From contig NC_135769.1 in the NCBI RefSeq assembly GCF_052425735.1, positions 1,984,001 to 2,048,000 on the forward strand: 64,000 nucleotides of DNA, written 5' to 3'. Within the stretch, counting starts at the first letter, position 1. Every line of letters begins with the position of its first letter. Below the pieces are notes generated by a model. It did not search any database, was not told the DNA's origin, and saw only the letters and a program-made list of their open reading frames with translations. The stretch is from Oculina patagonica (lineage: Eukaryota). Position numbers and translations under genes: made by a program. Below, piece after piece: positions 12,803 through 26,100 of this stretch.

Positions 12803-13364
12803 AATCACAGCTCCTCCGCACAAATCGTCTGAACAACTTCACCGCACTTTTCTGTCAGTTTACCTCGATCGCAAATTATGGTAAATCTTGCAACAATCTT
12901 AGTGTTATACTATTCTGATGGCCTAAAATGAAAACCATTTATCAGAGTTTTCGTCGCATTTGTACTCGAGGCTTGAGATGTGTAATTATCTTGTCGTTGT
13001 TTAGCATTGATTATTTTGTGGAATAAGGCGGGAGTTTTGAATGACATGGATGAGTAGCTGTTTGTATACACTATAAAATTCGTACCATACAATAATGTTA
13101 ATTTTTCAGTTAAACGTTTGGCGAACCGTGAAGTTTAGCGCTCCAGTGAAGCCTCCCCGCCCCCTGATCTTGACCACTGGCCCAGGGTCCCTAGCTTATA
13201 CTTTTAACATGAAGCGTGATTGAGTCTATTTATTTGTCGTGAAACGTGATGTGGGCTTTTATTTTTTCGTGATTTGTGATTCACAAATTTAAGATCTTTT
13301 TACGTGCGCGTGAACACAATTTTCAGTTAGCTTAAACGTGACCCTTGAACGAAGAGTTGAATAC

Positions 13365-13525
13365 CCGATTCCCTCTATAGCGCGCGCCTGCAGGGAATCA
13401 CGGTAGTTGTATTCATCAAACCATGCGCGAGACTTAGCAGCGTGCATCGTTGCAGAGTCTCGAGCATGGTTTGATGAATACAACTACCGTGATTCCCTGC
13501 AGGCGCGCGCTATAGAGGGAATCGG
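13365..13525. repeat. Near-perfect palindrome (~70-bp arms), probable MITE nested in a larger repeat
   Basis: CCGATTCCCTCTATAGCGCGCGCCTGCAGG... / ...CCTGCAGGCGCGCGCTATAGAGGGAATCGG. Confidence 0.8.
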
Positions 13526-14272
13526 CCATTAGACGTGAATCGTGAATTATCTTCTTTTTTTGTTACTTTATTTCTGATTTTTTAGGTAGTTCTAGTGAAC
13601 GTATTGAGATTGGGACTTTTGTCAGCTATTTTGTCGCGTGTGTGATCTTGACAGGCACAATATCTGGCCTTACCCCTTTCCGAGCGTTACAGTCTAAACA
13701 TGGATCGCCATGAAAACATTTTTAGAATTATTCATGACGCGTGAAAAGCCAAATATTTTTACGTGATTCCATTTCGCAGCGAGGTATAGGGGACCGCGCT
13801 GTACCTCATACCCGGAGACATGAATTTTGCATAACACTGAACGATCGATATTTTAAGCGTGTTTGAGGTTTCAGTCTTATATCCGTAAAGTCTTTGACGT
13901 TATTCTTCATCACTAGTGGACCTTGGGAAGGAGTCTGGGCTCTTTTTGCTGAGCTCCTGTTTTTTTTTCTATTTTTTTGCTTAGTTTACTGTTTTCTATA
14001 GGTATAATAACAAGTAAAAAGTTTATTCGAGATGAAGTAGTTTATTTGAGATTCGAAAAATGATTTACTGTCACCAGCTAGGCTATACAGTTATCTCGTG
14101 GTACATTTTTAGTATAAAGTCCTACAAAAAACTCGCCATAAGAAAGTCTACAGATCAGTTGTCTATTGGTCTCTGACCAAAACCCAGCTCTCATTCAGTT
14201 TGGTATACAAGACGTATGAAAACATTTTTTGAAGAACGGCAGTATTGATCGTGGTTCAAGAGGTATAAAAGC

Positions 14273-17200
14273 TTAAAAAGCTTCTAAAGTCTTGGTGTCA
14301 AGTCTTCCACTTAGCCAGCAGAAACAGGAGAATGTCACATCGACTTGTTTCTTCCTATTCTGTACACGAACCTGGAAAAAAAGAAGAATCATTTATACAT
14401 GCAAATTAGAAGTAAAAGAGCAAATTTTAATGAGTGTCGAAAGTAATTCGCGCTTGCTTTGGTTTTGCAGTGCTACGCTAAGTAATTGGATTTATTACTC
14501 GCGTGCACTTTCTCAACCAATCAGAAGTACAGAAATCAAGACTCGCTCGCACGCAGTTTTCCCGCGTTTCGTGCAAGTTACATGTAATTGGTTCAGGTTT
14601 TGATTGGTTTTCCGGATTGTTTGCGTCCTTTGTAAGTGACGTTTGTGATAAATATTTTGGTTTTGGTTTTACGATACTCAATCGAAAATCGCTCTAGTAC
14701 ATGTGGCAGGGATCGAGAAAAATAGCTTATAGGTTCAAGATTTTGTCGACAGTATGGTACATGCACATACACACAAAAAAAGCTACCTTGCTCAAATACC
14801 AGCCTCCTGAATATCCTCCATTGCTGAGTCTGATCGTCAATTTGCTCAGTTTTCCCAAGTTTGGCGAAATAACGTTAAATGTATCGAAACTGAAAAGAAA
14901 GCACGAAAAAAAGGAATAGCTGATTAGTTTCTTACGTCTTGCAGTTTCAAATAATAGCTACGAAGGAACCCACACATGTACTCACCCGCCCATCTCAAAG
15001 GCGTTCTTGTTTCCCGCCAATTCCACTTCTCCTGAGTTTTGCTCCTGTCCATGATTCTGACCGAACAATTCCACAAACACTTTGGCATCTGTTCCTGCCA
15101 TATATTTGTTTCCAGTGTACACTGTGACCTTGTAGTTGTCAACTGTAAAATACAAAAAAAAGCCAGTATCACAGAAATAAAAATTTAGGTATATGGTGTC
15201 GAGCAATCATAATGGAAGCCGACTGCGTTTGCAAGCTATGACAACGTTCTCATTTTGTCTTTCAAATGGGTTCCTTTTAATAATTTTATGTTAACCTTAC
15301 ACCAACAGAGAAAGAGTTTAACAATAATTTATTGTCTTCTTATTCAATAAACTGTGTTTGCAAGCGTTTTTGTATGAGAAAAGTCAGTTTAATTTGTGTA
15401 AAAATGTCAGTTCAATTTTTGGGAAAAAATCAGTTTAATTTAATCACTTTAGCCAGCTTACAAACTGAAGCTGTTCAAAAAGGCAAAACAGCGAAAAAAT
15501 ATGAGGCTCACTGCCGCTTTTCGCAAGGAGAAAATTGATAACGGTAAGCCCTGAATTTAGGCTTCTTTTCCCCAGTTGCCTAAATTGGTGGGTTCATGAA
15601 TTGTTCATGGTGAGGATCGTGTTATTGCTCGCTTAATATGAACTATTTTCAATACTTCCATGCTCAAAACCGAAAGAAATGCGTGGTTCAAAATCGAATC
15701 AACATTAATTCTTCACTCATTGCGTGCCTATGCAGTGATTACAGTACCTTGTTTGAGTGCCTCAGGACAGTTATACAACAGGTTAATCTGCATGACGTCC
15801 ACAGCAGATAAGGAGTTGACGTTGCCAAGCGGCATGCTGGGATCGGAGATGGCCTGGATGGTATCTCTACCATTCTTACTGAACTCTTTGTTAGAGTAGT
15901 GCATGATGGACTGGAAATCATATGGTTGGCCCAGAGTTGTAACTTCACCACGCTTACGGATCTCAATCTGCTGCAAGTGATCTACAATAAATAAGATAAA
16001 AAGGAGAATAAAAAGGCTGTCTTCAGCCTAACTGGATTACCAGTGATAAACCCATTAAGTCCCAATATCCACATACAAATTCTCCTGACTGTTCTCCATA
16101 CGTTTTCTTATAGTTCTAGTTGAAGGATTTTGTTAAAAAATAAAAGCAACTGATTTTACTTTGGTGATCATTTTATTAGTTCTCCTAACCTTTTCTCTTG
16201 ATAAAGGATTAATATTGTGAGGAGAAATTTGACTTGGTTTTATTATATGGCTACAATAGTACGCGCGCTCTGATTGGCTGCTGAGCGGGCATTATTTTCT
16301 TGTAATGACCGGGCATTATGAAAAATTTTCTCGGCTCGGCGGTTTTAATATGGTTTTTTGAGTTGTGAGTAAAAGCTACTAGCGCAATATTGCGAGAACG
16401 ACAATAAATACCGACAAAATGTAACTATTTTTTCAACAACTGAAAGAAAAATATTAGCATACCAATACTTCTTTAGTATGAGCGACGAAGAGAGCCACAG
16501 AGAGCGAGAGCGAGTTTCACCTCGGTGTTTTTTAGATATTTCAGTTTAGAATAGCGCTAAAAGGCCATATAATAAATAACTTATTAACCTCGTCCGTTCG
16601 GTCATTACAGGGCAATCTCAGACCTCGGCCTTGATGTATTGACCTCGCTATCGCTCAGTCAATACATCAAGGCCTCGGTCTGAGATTCCCCTGTAATGAC
16701 CTCACTCTCGGTTAATAAGTAGTATATGATCTTGGGTCTTAAAGAGGTAATTATTCTTAATTCGTTCCAACAAGAATTTTCCTTTTAGAAAATATTTTTA
16801 ACTTATTAAGATGTGTTGGCCTACATATGGCGCACGTGTTTTAGCCACCCGAAATAAGCGAGCCCCGAAATTTGCGGACCTCCGAAATGCAGTGGTGATA
16901 GAAAAAGGCTGATAAGTCCGAACGTGACGAGAGACTCTACTTGCGGAACTTTATGGTACTTTAAAGTAAGGATTAAAGTTTCAGAATTTATCAGTGTACA
17001 ATGATTACCACTCTTGATGTTATTCCATAAAATCTTCACAAACTTGTCACGATCTGGTCTCGTATGCTCGTGGAAAAACCCCAAGGCGTGCATGAGCTCA
17101 TGAGTCACGTGACCTCTGTTCTTGCACCCGCTTCCCAGTGACAGCAGCTGTTTCCCGCCTTTTTTGCTGATGTGTGATTTACAAATGTTACTGCAAAGAA

Positions 17201-19691
17201 TAAAAGAAAGAATTTTCTGAAAGAGCTCCATTTATCGACTTGCTCTAGTTTTGAAGAAACCATTGATATTTCATGATTACACGACTAAAATACCTATAAC
17301 TATATCAGCCAATCAAAACACTTTATTCTCGGTCCAATACGTTAATTTTATGGCATTGGACTGAGAGAAGTAATCATGCAATAAATCTCATATATAAATC
17401 AAGCTTGCTCGGGACCGTATTGGGAAAATATCCGCACTCGGTACGGACCTCGTTGCGGTCGATCCGATATGTCAAGACCTATAGGGCTGATATTCTACTA
17501 GTATGGCTCTCGCGCTTGATCAATTAAATGAAACATGTGAATAAATTAAAGAGCATATCAAAGATACTTTTTGTTACTCTATACGAGTAAAGCGTAGTTC
17601 GATGAACGTATCATACTTGCTGTCTTCGTAGAACTCGATGTAGTCTTTCTGATTTGTGCGCTGTATGAATCTGATACAGGTATGTTTAGCGATGACATTG
17701 GCCGCTTCCCTGATCGTCTGTTTGTCGTAATTATCTAAAATGCCAAAAGATTTCCACTTAAGACAAATATTATCGAGTTAGAAACACAACATTTTCCTTC
17801 CGCATGTATACAACATAATATAAACACAAATAAGAGCATAATTTGCGACTACACTAGCAGCCGTCTTATAACTTTCTGCGCAGGTGACGTCACAGATGAA
17901 ACACTTCTGAGAGGAACGCCGCGAGGAATTATTATTGATGATGATGATGATGAGGAAGAGGAGGATGAGGAGGATAATGATGATGATGATGACAGTTTAC
18001 ACCGCCGACCGGTTAGCTCAGTTGGTAGAGCGCCGGATTTCCGGCGCGAGTTCTCAGGTTCGAGTCCCAGACCGGACCAACACTCAGGGCCTTATATAAC
18101 TGAGGAGAATATGCTGCCTTTGCAATAACATCAGCGAAATGTTATTTTATTACATTCTAGTCTTCTCGAATAAGAACGATAAACCGTAGGCCCCGTCTCC
18201 TGTATCTTCCGTGTTATGGTCAGCAGGGGACGTAAAAGAACCCACACACCTATCGTAAAGAGTAGGGCACGAAGTTCCCGGTGTTGTGTTATGGTCCTTT
18301 CCCGTTGTACTGTGCTTACTGTGAAATGCTCGGAGATATTAGCTGTGTAAGCTAGTACACTACAAATCCGAGGGTAAAGAAAAATGGTGTATGTACAAGC
18401 GCTTCCTCTGCGTGTTCTTCGTCTTCCAACACTACCTAAATTATTACAATGGCCAGGTGGACTCCTACAACGGCTTAAGAATATTTACAATCAGTGAATT
18501 TGATTTTTTGCGACAAAATTATCGACTTTTTTTATCCTCATTCACAACAGAGTAAACTTGTACTCACCAAGTCCTGAGAACCAGCCCCCAGTCCTGACCG
18601 TGTAAGGAATGAAGACTTTTGTCACCTCTCTGTTTTTGTCATAGGTAGCTCGCCAAAGGTGTCCGCGATACAGCACTGCCGCTCGTTTTTGTTTGCGAAA
18701 ATTTTCGTACGATCGGTCATTCTGTTCTGAAACTGAAGAAAAAGAGACTTGTAAAGAGATACGAAGCTTGTTTAGTTGCAAGGATAAAAAAATACAACGA
18801 TTTAATAGCTTCTGCAAGTGCGTTGTAGCGCTAACTAGATCGTTGTTTGCTGCAAATATTCTAAAAGAACACCCATCTCGCTGCATTGTACTGAATTATT
18901 CGCGTGGAAATCTCGCGTGCTTCGTGTCTATCGTGCGTCTGGTTTCTCTAAAATAATTAAAAATAAATGGCTATATTTAGAAAGAATGCCACTCATATGC
19001 GTCTGTGATCGTGAATGAATAATCGAGAAATATAAGTTCCCTAAGTGATTTACTTACATTTCTTAAAATGCTTGTTTTAGAATTGCGTTGAAAATCAAGA
19101 CAATACACTCCAGTTGATAAGTTTCTTAATTCTCATCAATTGTTTACTAAACAATGTATTGATATGGTAAGGGGAAAATAGATGCTTATCACCAGCTTGG
19201 GAATTAACGCGGTTTTTTTAATTTAAGTACTTTGAAAATAAGTTGAAACTAGACTGTCACAGAGAACATAACTTATCAATTCCTGTAAGGTATCTTTGTT
19301 ATTTGTTATTTAGAAACTGCCTGGGGAAAAGTGTCATGACAAAAGAAATCTGTGCGCCTCAGTCGATCAACTGTAAAACATTTCAAATGGACATAAATAG
19401 TACACAATCCTAATTGGGCTACTTTTAAACAAAAGTTCCACCAAATTCGGCATCGAAACGTAAACACAAAAATTATGAAGATTTAGAGATGCTAATTGCC
19501 TCAAAAGAGAAAGGCAAAGCAATGAGAAGACGATAATAGACTTTTGCGTTACTATGCTAATTTCTTACGACTCTTTCCCAAAAGAAGCATAATTTATGTT
19601 CACTGATTTGGAATTATTTACGCGATCACTGACCTGAATAACACGTTGTGTGAAGCACAAGAGCAAACCCAATGAGTACTGTCAGCTTCAT
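14273..19691 (-). CDS. Astacin-family (M12A) zinc metalloprotease with C-terminal PLAT/LH2 domain, ~371 aa, 8 exons (19691-19634, 18732-18568, 17734-17617, 17190-17009, 15981-15748, 15142-14986, 14889-14787, 14371-14273)
   Basis: Signal peptide MKLTVLIGFALVLHTTCYS; furin-like RKQKR|AAV; TCIRF; zinc motif HELMHALGFFHEHTRPDRD; Met-turn SIMHY; LLYNC; then PLAT motifs YKVTVYTGNKYMAGTDAKVFVELFG...GWYLSKVRV...FSCFCWL. Confidence 0.92.
16578..16720. repeat. Palindromic repeat in astacin intron
   Basis: ACTTATTAACC...GGCCTTGATGTATTGAC / GTCAATACATCAAGGCC...GGTTAATAAGT. Confidence 0.7.
18004..18395 (+). mobile_element. tRNA-headed SINE
   Basis: A-box TAGCTCAGTTGGTAGAGC and B-box GGTTCGAGTCCC continue directly into ~300 bp of non-tRNA body (ATAACTGAGGAGAA, GGGGACGTAAAAGAACCCAC); preceded by a (GAT)n microsatellite at ~17935-17991. 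Confidence 0.7.
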
Positions 19692-20132
19692 TTGAAATAT
19701 TGTTCTTCTGCAGCCGTAAAAACTGCAAATATCCGAAGATCGCTTCAAATCCATGAATGCTGTTCGTTAAAAGCGCTCTTTCGCTCGGTAGGTTGTCTGA
19801 GACGGCATCGCGACCGTTACGAGCAGAATTAATTGTTTTGAAATGACATGCGGGCAGTTAACAATGCGTTTTTTTGTTTCTTTAATTGAGCGATTATGAT
19901 CAGGTGATCTAATGTAAACATGCGTATGCAGATATGAGCACTTTTTAATAACACAACGCATAGCCTTTTTAAAAAGTCTTTTTATTATTAAGGTTGCCAA
20001 GTTTATAACTGTTTTCAAAATATGTAATTTTTTAAGTCTTTCGATTTTTTACACATGCAACATACTTTTAGCTTAAATCTTAGATCCTTTTATATTTTAT
20101 TATTGTTAACTTCCATTTTAGGTACACTGTAA

Positions 20133-23100
20133 GGCTTTTTGCGACTTTTTAATTTTTACTTTTTACAAGGGCCTCTATTGATAACAGTTTTAATTGTAAA
20201 AGCTGATGGAGTCATCCTGTTGAAATAAAGGCTTACTACTACTAGCCGTGCAGGGGTAGGGAGATTGGGGCGTGGGCAACCTCGTTCCCAGGGTCTCTCT
20301 CTCTCTCTCTCTCTCTCGGTGAGAGAGAGACCCTAGGAACGAGGTTGGGGCGTGGGAAGTGGACCCTATATAGGTGGATTTTTATGTAATTGGAAAAAAT
20401 TAAATAACAAAATTAAATTTAGGTGGCCCCTATCAAATAGTATCTAAAAAATTTTAATTTTAAATCTTCATTTTCCCTATTTATTTACAATCTATCACCC
20501 ATCCGGCCTGCGTCCCTGACCACATTCCTTTCCCGTCCTTCATAAATACGCATTTAATAATTTACAAAACTCGTAAGACTTCATCAAGTGCTCGGGCGTG
20601 ATTCATCACGTACAAAACTAACAACTTGGATCGTAACCAATTGGTTTGATGATAACGGGTTTTTTCCCCAGGGGGGTACTCGAGATTTCAAGTGACGGGG
20701 ATGATCAAAGGATTCTTTTGAATTGAAATTTCCGATTCCGGGATTTTTTTGGGTAGGAAAATTTGGCAAGTATTTTTTGGCGACTTGATTTAAGAAGGGA
20801 TTTTTTTCGTCAGAAACTCTAACACGATCATAAATTCTTATCATAAGAGTGAAAAAGGCTGTCAAATACGTGATCTGTTCGTTGCTCTAATCAATGGGCA
20901 ACTGTGGCGAGTTGCAAGAACCGAAATTCGAGTTATCGGGGTAAATTTCACCCAAATTTTGATCAAGGGAAACGAAATTTAGTTCGAGACTAGCGGGGTT
21001 TTCAAGTTATCCGAGTTCGAGTTATCCGAGTAAAAATGACTAAAAAGTGAGTTCAAATCCAAGGGAAATGGAAGTCTGTTCAAGTTAGCGGTGTTGTTCG
21101 AGTTATATATCCGAGTTCGAGTTACCAGGGTTCTACTGTATTGTTTCATTGTATTTTTCCTTAAATAGACGGCTTGACTACAAAGTTGTTGTCGTGCTTT
21201 GCTTAGAATAAAAGATTCTCATTCCATTCATTTTCTTTTACTTTTTTTGTTTAGTCGAGAGCCCAGTGCGTCACTCGCATAGAAGTGCCTATAAAATTAA
21301 TAACATTCTCGACTCCTACGCATTATCGCGTCATATTCCAGTCGTGCGCATTCCGTGCTGTCCATCTTCGTACATTTTGATACAAAAAAGCTCTTATCTC
21401 AATGAACTTCAAGTAACATCACCGATGGCATTAAACGGGGACGCAAGGCGCGATTCATGTGGTAGCACACAATTTTTCGGTTATAAAAATACAGCCTTGC
21501 TAATTTTAAAATTTAGCGTTGATTATCTTGGTAGCGCAGAGTAATATCAATTGCAACTTTTTCCAAGATCAGCACAAGAATAATGCTTAATCCTGTTTTT
21601 ATCGTGTATAAATAACAAATTCGTGACCCAACGCTCAACACACACTAAGATTTTTTTCATACATTAACTACAACGCGTTCTTCGCCAATATTCAGTGTTG
21701 TTGCGATAATATTGTATACGTTCCTCTATTGCCTCTGTTTGGTTTTTTTTTGGAAGCCCAATCGCTCTAAATAGCACACTTGAAAGCCATCCCTGTTGGA
21801 GTGCCAAGCTCGTGCACTGAGTTAGGCGTTTGCTGACTGGCATTTTAAATTTTAGTTTCGCTTACTCCCAAAACATTGTCTCTCGTGTTTGATACACGCG
21901 GTATTACGTAACCCTGCTATAGTCAAACTGATCTTATTCCGTGACATTTTTCTGTGATATTATGTACTATTATATACCAGGTCCGAAAATTGTAATTGAG
22001 TGGTTCCGTTGAGTTGCCAAAGCAAACTGATAAACGGCTACTAAGCAGCCCTGTTCAAGAAAAATTAAAACCGATGAATATATAAAAAAAAATTAGTTTC
22101 AACAGTGGCCATGAAGATTTTACAAACAAACCACCATGAAATCGTTTAGGGAGCAATTTACTTATTGACCACATGGGTTTGTGATAATAGTAGCTATTAC
22201 CTCAAATTGTCTTATTAGTAAATGGAAAATGAATATATTGAGTTCAGTTTTTTAAGTGGGGGACAGCACCGCTGAAAATGTCGCAAAATTATATCCAGAC
22301 GTTTCTAGACTAATTTTTCATACAAATTTTCCTTCATCGCTGACTTATTCCACCAATGAAGTAAAACGTCTGGAATTTTGCGACATTCTCAGCGCCAAAA
22401 ACATGAAAATTTCAAAAACGAACTCATTATAAATAGCGCTACACAGCCAGTATAATCAAACTACGAATGGAAACTAGATATTGGGGTAGACGCGGAAAAA
22501 ATTTTAGATACTTTTTTGATAAAATTTTTAGATTTTTAAAAATCTTTAGATAATCTTAAGATACAACAATAACCTGCGTTCTTGATCATTATCAAGCTTT
22601 GTAGCCCGAGAAAAAATATTTACTTTCACATACATTTTTATAACGTTTTGTTTGGACAAAATTGAAACGATTCTGAGGGTTTCTGGTGAGGCAGAGCGAC
22701 TCCCTATTGCAAAATAAAAAATGTTTGTCTACAAGAATAAAAGCTAAAATGAGCAAAGCTATGCCGGCTTCTTTGGTGTCGTTTCCGTCAATATACGTAT
22801 CTGTGAAACCTAAGGTCCGGTTAAATTAAACCTGGTTTTCACTAGCGACGCCAGCATCAACGCAGATAAACACTGAAAACTGAAAGCAAGGGACTAGAGG
22901 CACATTATTATAAAATGATCCAAATGGTTTGATTTCTGATCTTTCGCTCTGTGAATGGAATCTTTGGCTTCTTGTGCTTGTCTGCCTTATGCTTGTATAT
23001 CTATCCTTTTGTTACTATAATCAGCGACTACTGAAAAAGACATCAACAAACATCAGAGTTGTTAATCTGCACCAGTTATGAAAGATGCAACTCGTCTAAC

Positions 23101-26100
23101 GGTTCAACCAACACTCGATGCCGGTGTAAAACACATCAATACTGAAGTCCAATAGGACGGAAAAAAAAAAACAACGCGGCTCAATGTCAGAACTCTTTGG
23201 TAATATTGGACATTGAATTCGCCAAAAAGGAACAGACCACTTGAGGTCGCTTGATGTAAATGTTACACAGCAATATTCTACAACGGACATTGAACAAAAT
23301 CATAGCAAAACAAAATTTAAAGAGGTTAGCATGTTCGTTTGCGACAAAGCAAAACGTAATACTAAATAGGTCAACATTTATGATGTCTTCTCTCAGTTGT
23401 TGCATGATTCGACGAATGAGGACGTTAGCAAGAAGCTTTACTGCAGCCGCGAGGACAAACGACACATAACAATCATGGAAACTGACTATAATGTAATTAA
23501 ACAACAATAAAAATAATCCTTGGCTTTCTATGGTCATCTATTGGGTGCATCGTTAATTATTGTCACGGATTTTACCAAATTTCTGAACAGCCAAAATTTA
23601 TATTTGTGCCGTACGAAACCTAAAAAATAATGGTCCAATTTTATTAACAATTTCCATATTAGAGAATTGAAACTGTAAACAAGCATCATTGGCAACGGAT
23701 GGTTCGGATGGAAATGGATGCAATTTGAAAGATTAAATGGTTTCCGCGCGTCTCCAAAAAGTCGATATTTATAGCCAGGGTTTCATTTCTCTCAGCAAAT
23801 TACGGTTATATCTTCCTTTAGATGTTCAAAGATAATGGTTTCCATGGGTTAAGTTGGCTACCACTAATTTCAGAGCAGTTTTGACCAAAAAATCTGCTAA
23901 ATCCTCGACTATACGATCCGCCTGTACGCAAAAAAGAGGTGTCTATCTTAATTCCCCTCACCCGCAAAACGACAGTGGTCAACAAAATTGCTTTTTAGTT
24001 ACGATTATGTTTATACTTAGGATGATGATAGTTTAGCAGTGAATATTCGCTGCGTGGTTCTATTCTATCAGAGAAGGGCTTGCATGATAGATGCCGAACG
24101 TGCTGCACGTTTTTCGTGACCGTAAGTTTCCGATATCGCAGCGAATACTAAACTACCTTTTAAACCTGGGTTGATCCCGGAATTTACTAGGAAATAATTT
24201 AAATTTGCGATATCTCTGGCGTGAATTGGAACGCCACCCAATATTTAGCGCAAAAACGTAACTTCAAGTCCTTGCAGAAGTACATAATCTAGATCATATA
24301 CTTCTGGTCGTTGACATAATTTGAGAAAAAAAAGAGGAAAAGGTCGAATATTTGCGGATTACGCGCGTGTTCTTAATTGCACCACACACCTTTTGCATTT
24401 TTTGTAAATAACAAATATTTCACGCAAAGATCAACCAGGAAATACATTTGCCCTGTCATGCTCGGAAATAGCATCTTTTATAGTTTATCATAAACAAAGA
24501 TAGTTTCGTAAAAGAATTCAGTTCAATTCAACAGGACGATCAAGACTGCTATTAACCTAAATACATGAAAGAAACCCACATACCAAGCTATTCTAAATAG
24601 GTTCTTCAGTATAGAATTGGCGTTTAATGAGAAATTGGGCTATATAGGTTTTTAAACGGTTTACCCATTTTCTAAAAAAAAAGATGTTTGTTGCTAATCA
24701 AAATACTGGTGCGGTATATTGTATATATAAAATGTGCATATATTTATGTCTAAATGACTGCAATCTAAACAAATACAAAGCCTAGGTTAGCTCATCTTTT
24801 ATGCTCTTATTTATACGAATTAAACATCAAGAAAACAAAACAAAATTCTTTTAAGTGTTAACTCGGTGAATTTTATAAAAAACATATATTTCAAATTTTA
24901 GTATAGGGTAAAACAGATTTCTATGTTAGGGAGGTCTAAACGGAAAATCTTGGCCTAACAGGTTTTTAATCATTAGGTTCTTATATAACTATACGGGTTT
25001 TTTCTGTATCTTTCAATCTCTACTTTCAAAAATTTGAAAATTATTCACTCTTGATTTGCAAAGAACACACACAGAAATAACATAACTGTACTATCGTAAA
25101 ATTCCTTCCAAAATGGTAACTAGGGCTTTTTGCGACTTTTTAATTTTTACTTTTTACTAGGGCCTCTATTGATAACAGTTTTAATTGTAAAAGCTGATGG
25201 AGTCATCCTGTTGAAATAAAGGCTTACTACTACTACCCGTGCAGGGGTAGGGAACGAGACCCTGGGAACGAGGTTGGGGCGTGGGAAGTGGACCATATAT
25301 AGGTGGATTTTTATGTAATTGGATGAAATTAAATAACAAAATTAAATTTAGGTGGCCCCTATCAAATAGTATCTAAAAATTTTAATTTTAAATTTTCATT
25401 TTCCCTATTTATTTACAATCAGTATCACCCATCCGGCCTGCGACCCTGACCACATTCCTTTCCCGTCCTTCATAAATACGCATTTAATAATTTACAAAAC
25501 TCGTAAGACTTCATCAAGTGCTCGGGCGTGATTCATCACGTACAAAACTTACAACTTGGATCGTAACCAATTGGTTTGATGATAACGGGTTTTTTCCTCA
25601 GGGGGGTACTCGAGATTTCAAGTGACGGGGAAGATCAAAGGATTCTTTTGGATTGAAATTTTCGATTCCGGGATTTTTTTGGGTAGGAAAATTTGGCAAG
25701 TATGATTTAAGAAGGTTTTTTTTTTCGTCAGAAACTCTAACACGATCATAAATTCTTATCATAAGAGTGAAAAAGGCTGTCAAATACGTGATCTGTTCGT
25801 TGCTCTGATCAATGGGCAACTGTGGCGAGTTGCAAGAACCGGAATTCGAGTTATCGGGGTAAATTTGACTCAAATTTTGATCAAGGGAAACAAAATTTAG
25901 TTCGAGACTAGCGGGGTTTTCAAGTTATCCGAGTTCGAGTTAACCGAGTAAAAATGACTGAAAAGTGACTTCAAATCCAAGGGCGGGAAATGGAAGTCTG
26001 TTCAAGTTAGCGGTGTTGTTCGAGTTATATATCCGAGTTCGAGTTACCAGGGTTCTACTGTATTGTTTCATTGTATTTTTCTTTAAATAGGCGGCTTGAC

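Noticed and set aside
18004-18080. Possible tRNA gene
   Set aside because: A and B boxes are present, but the anticodon arm is irregular and the sequence runs into a SINE body with no terminator
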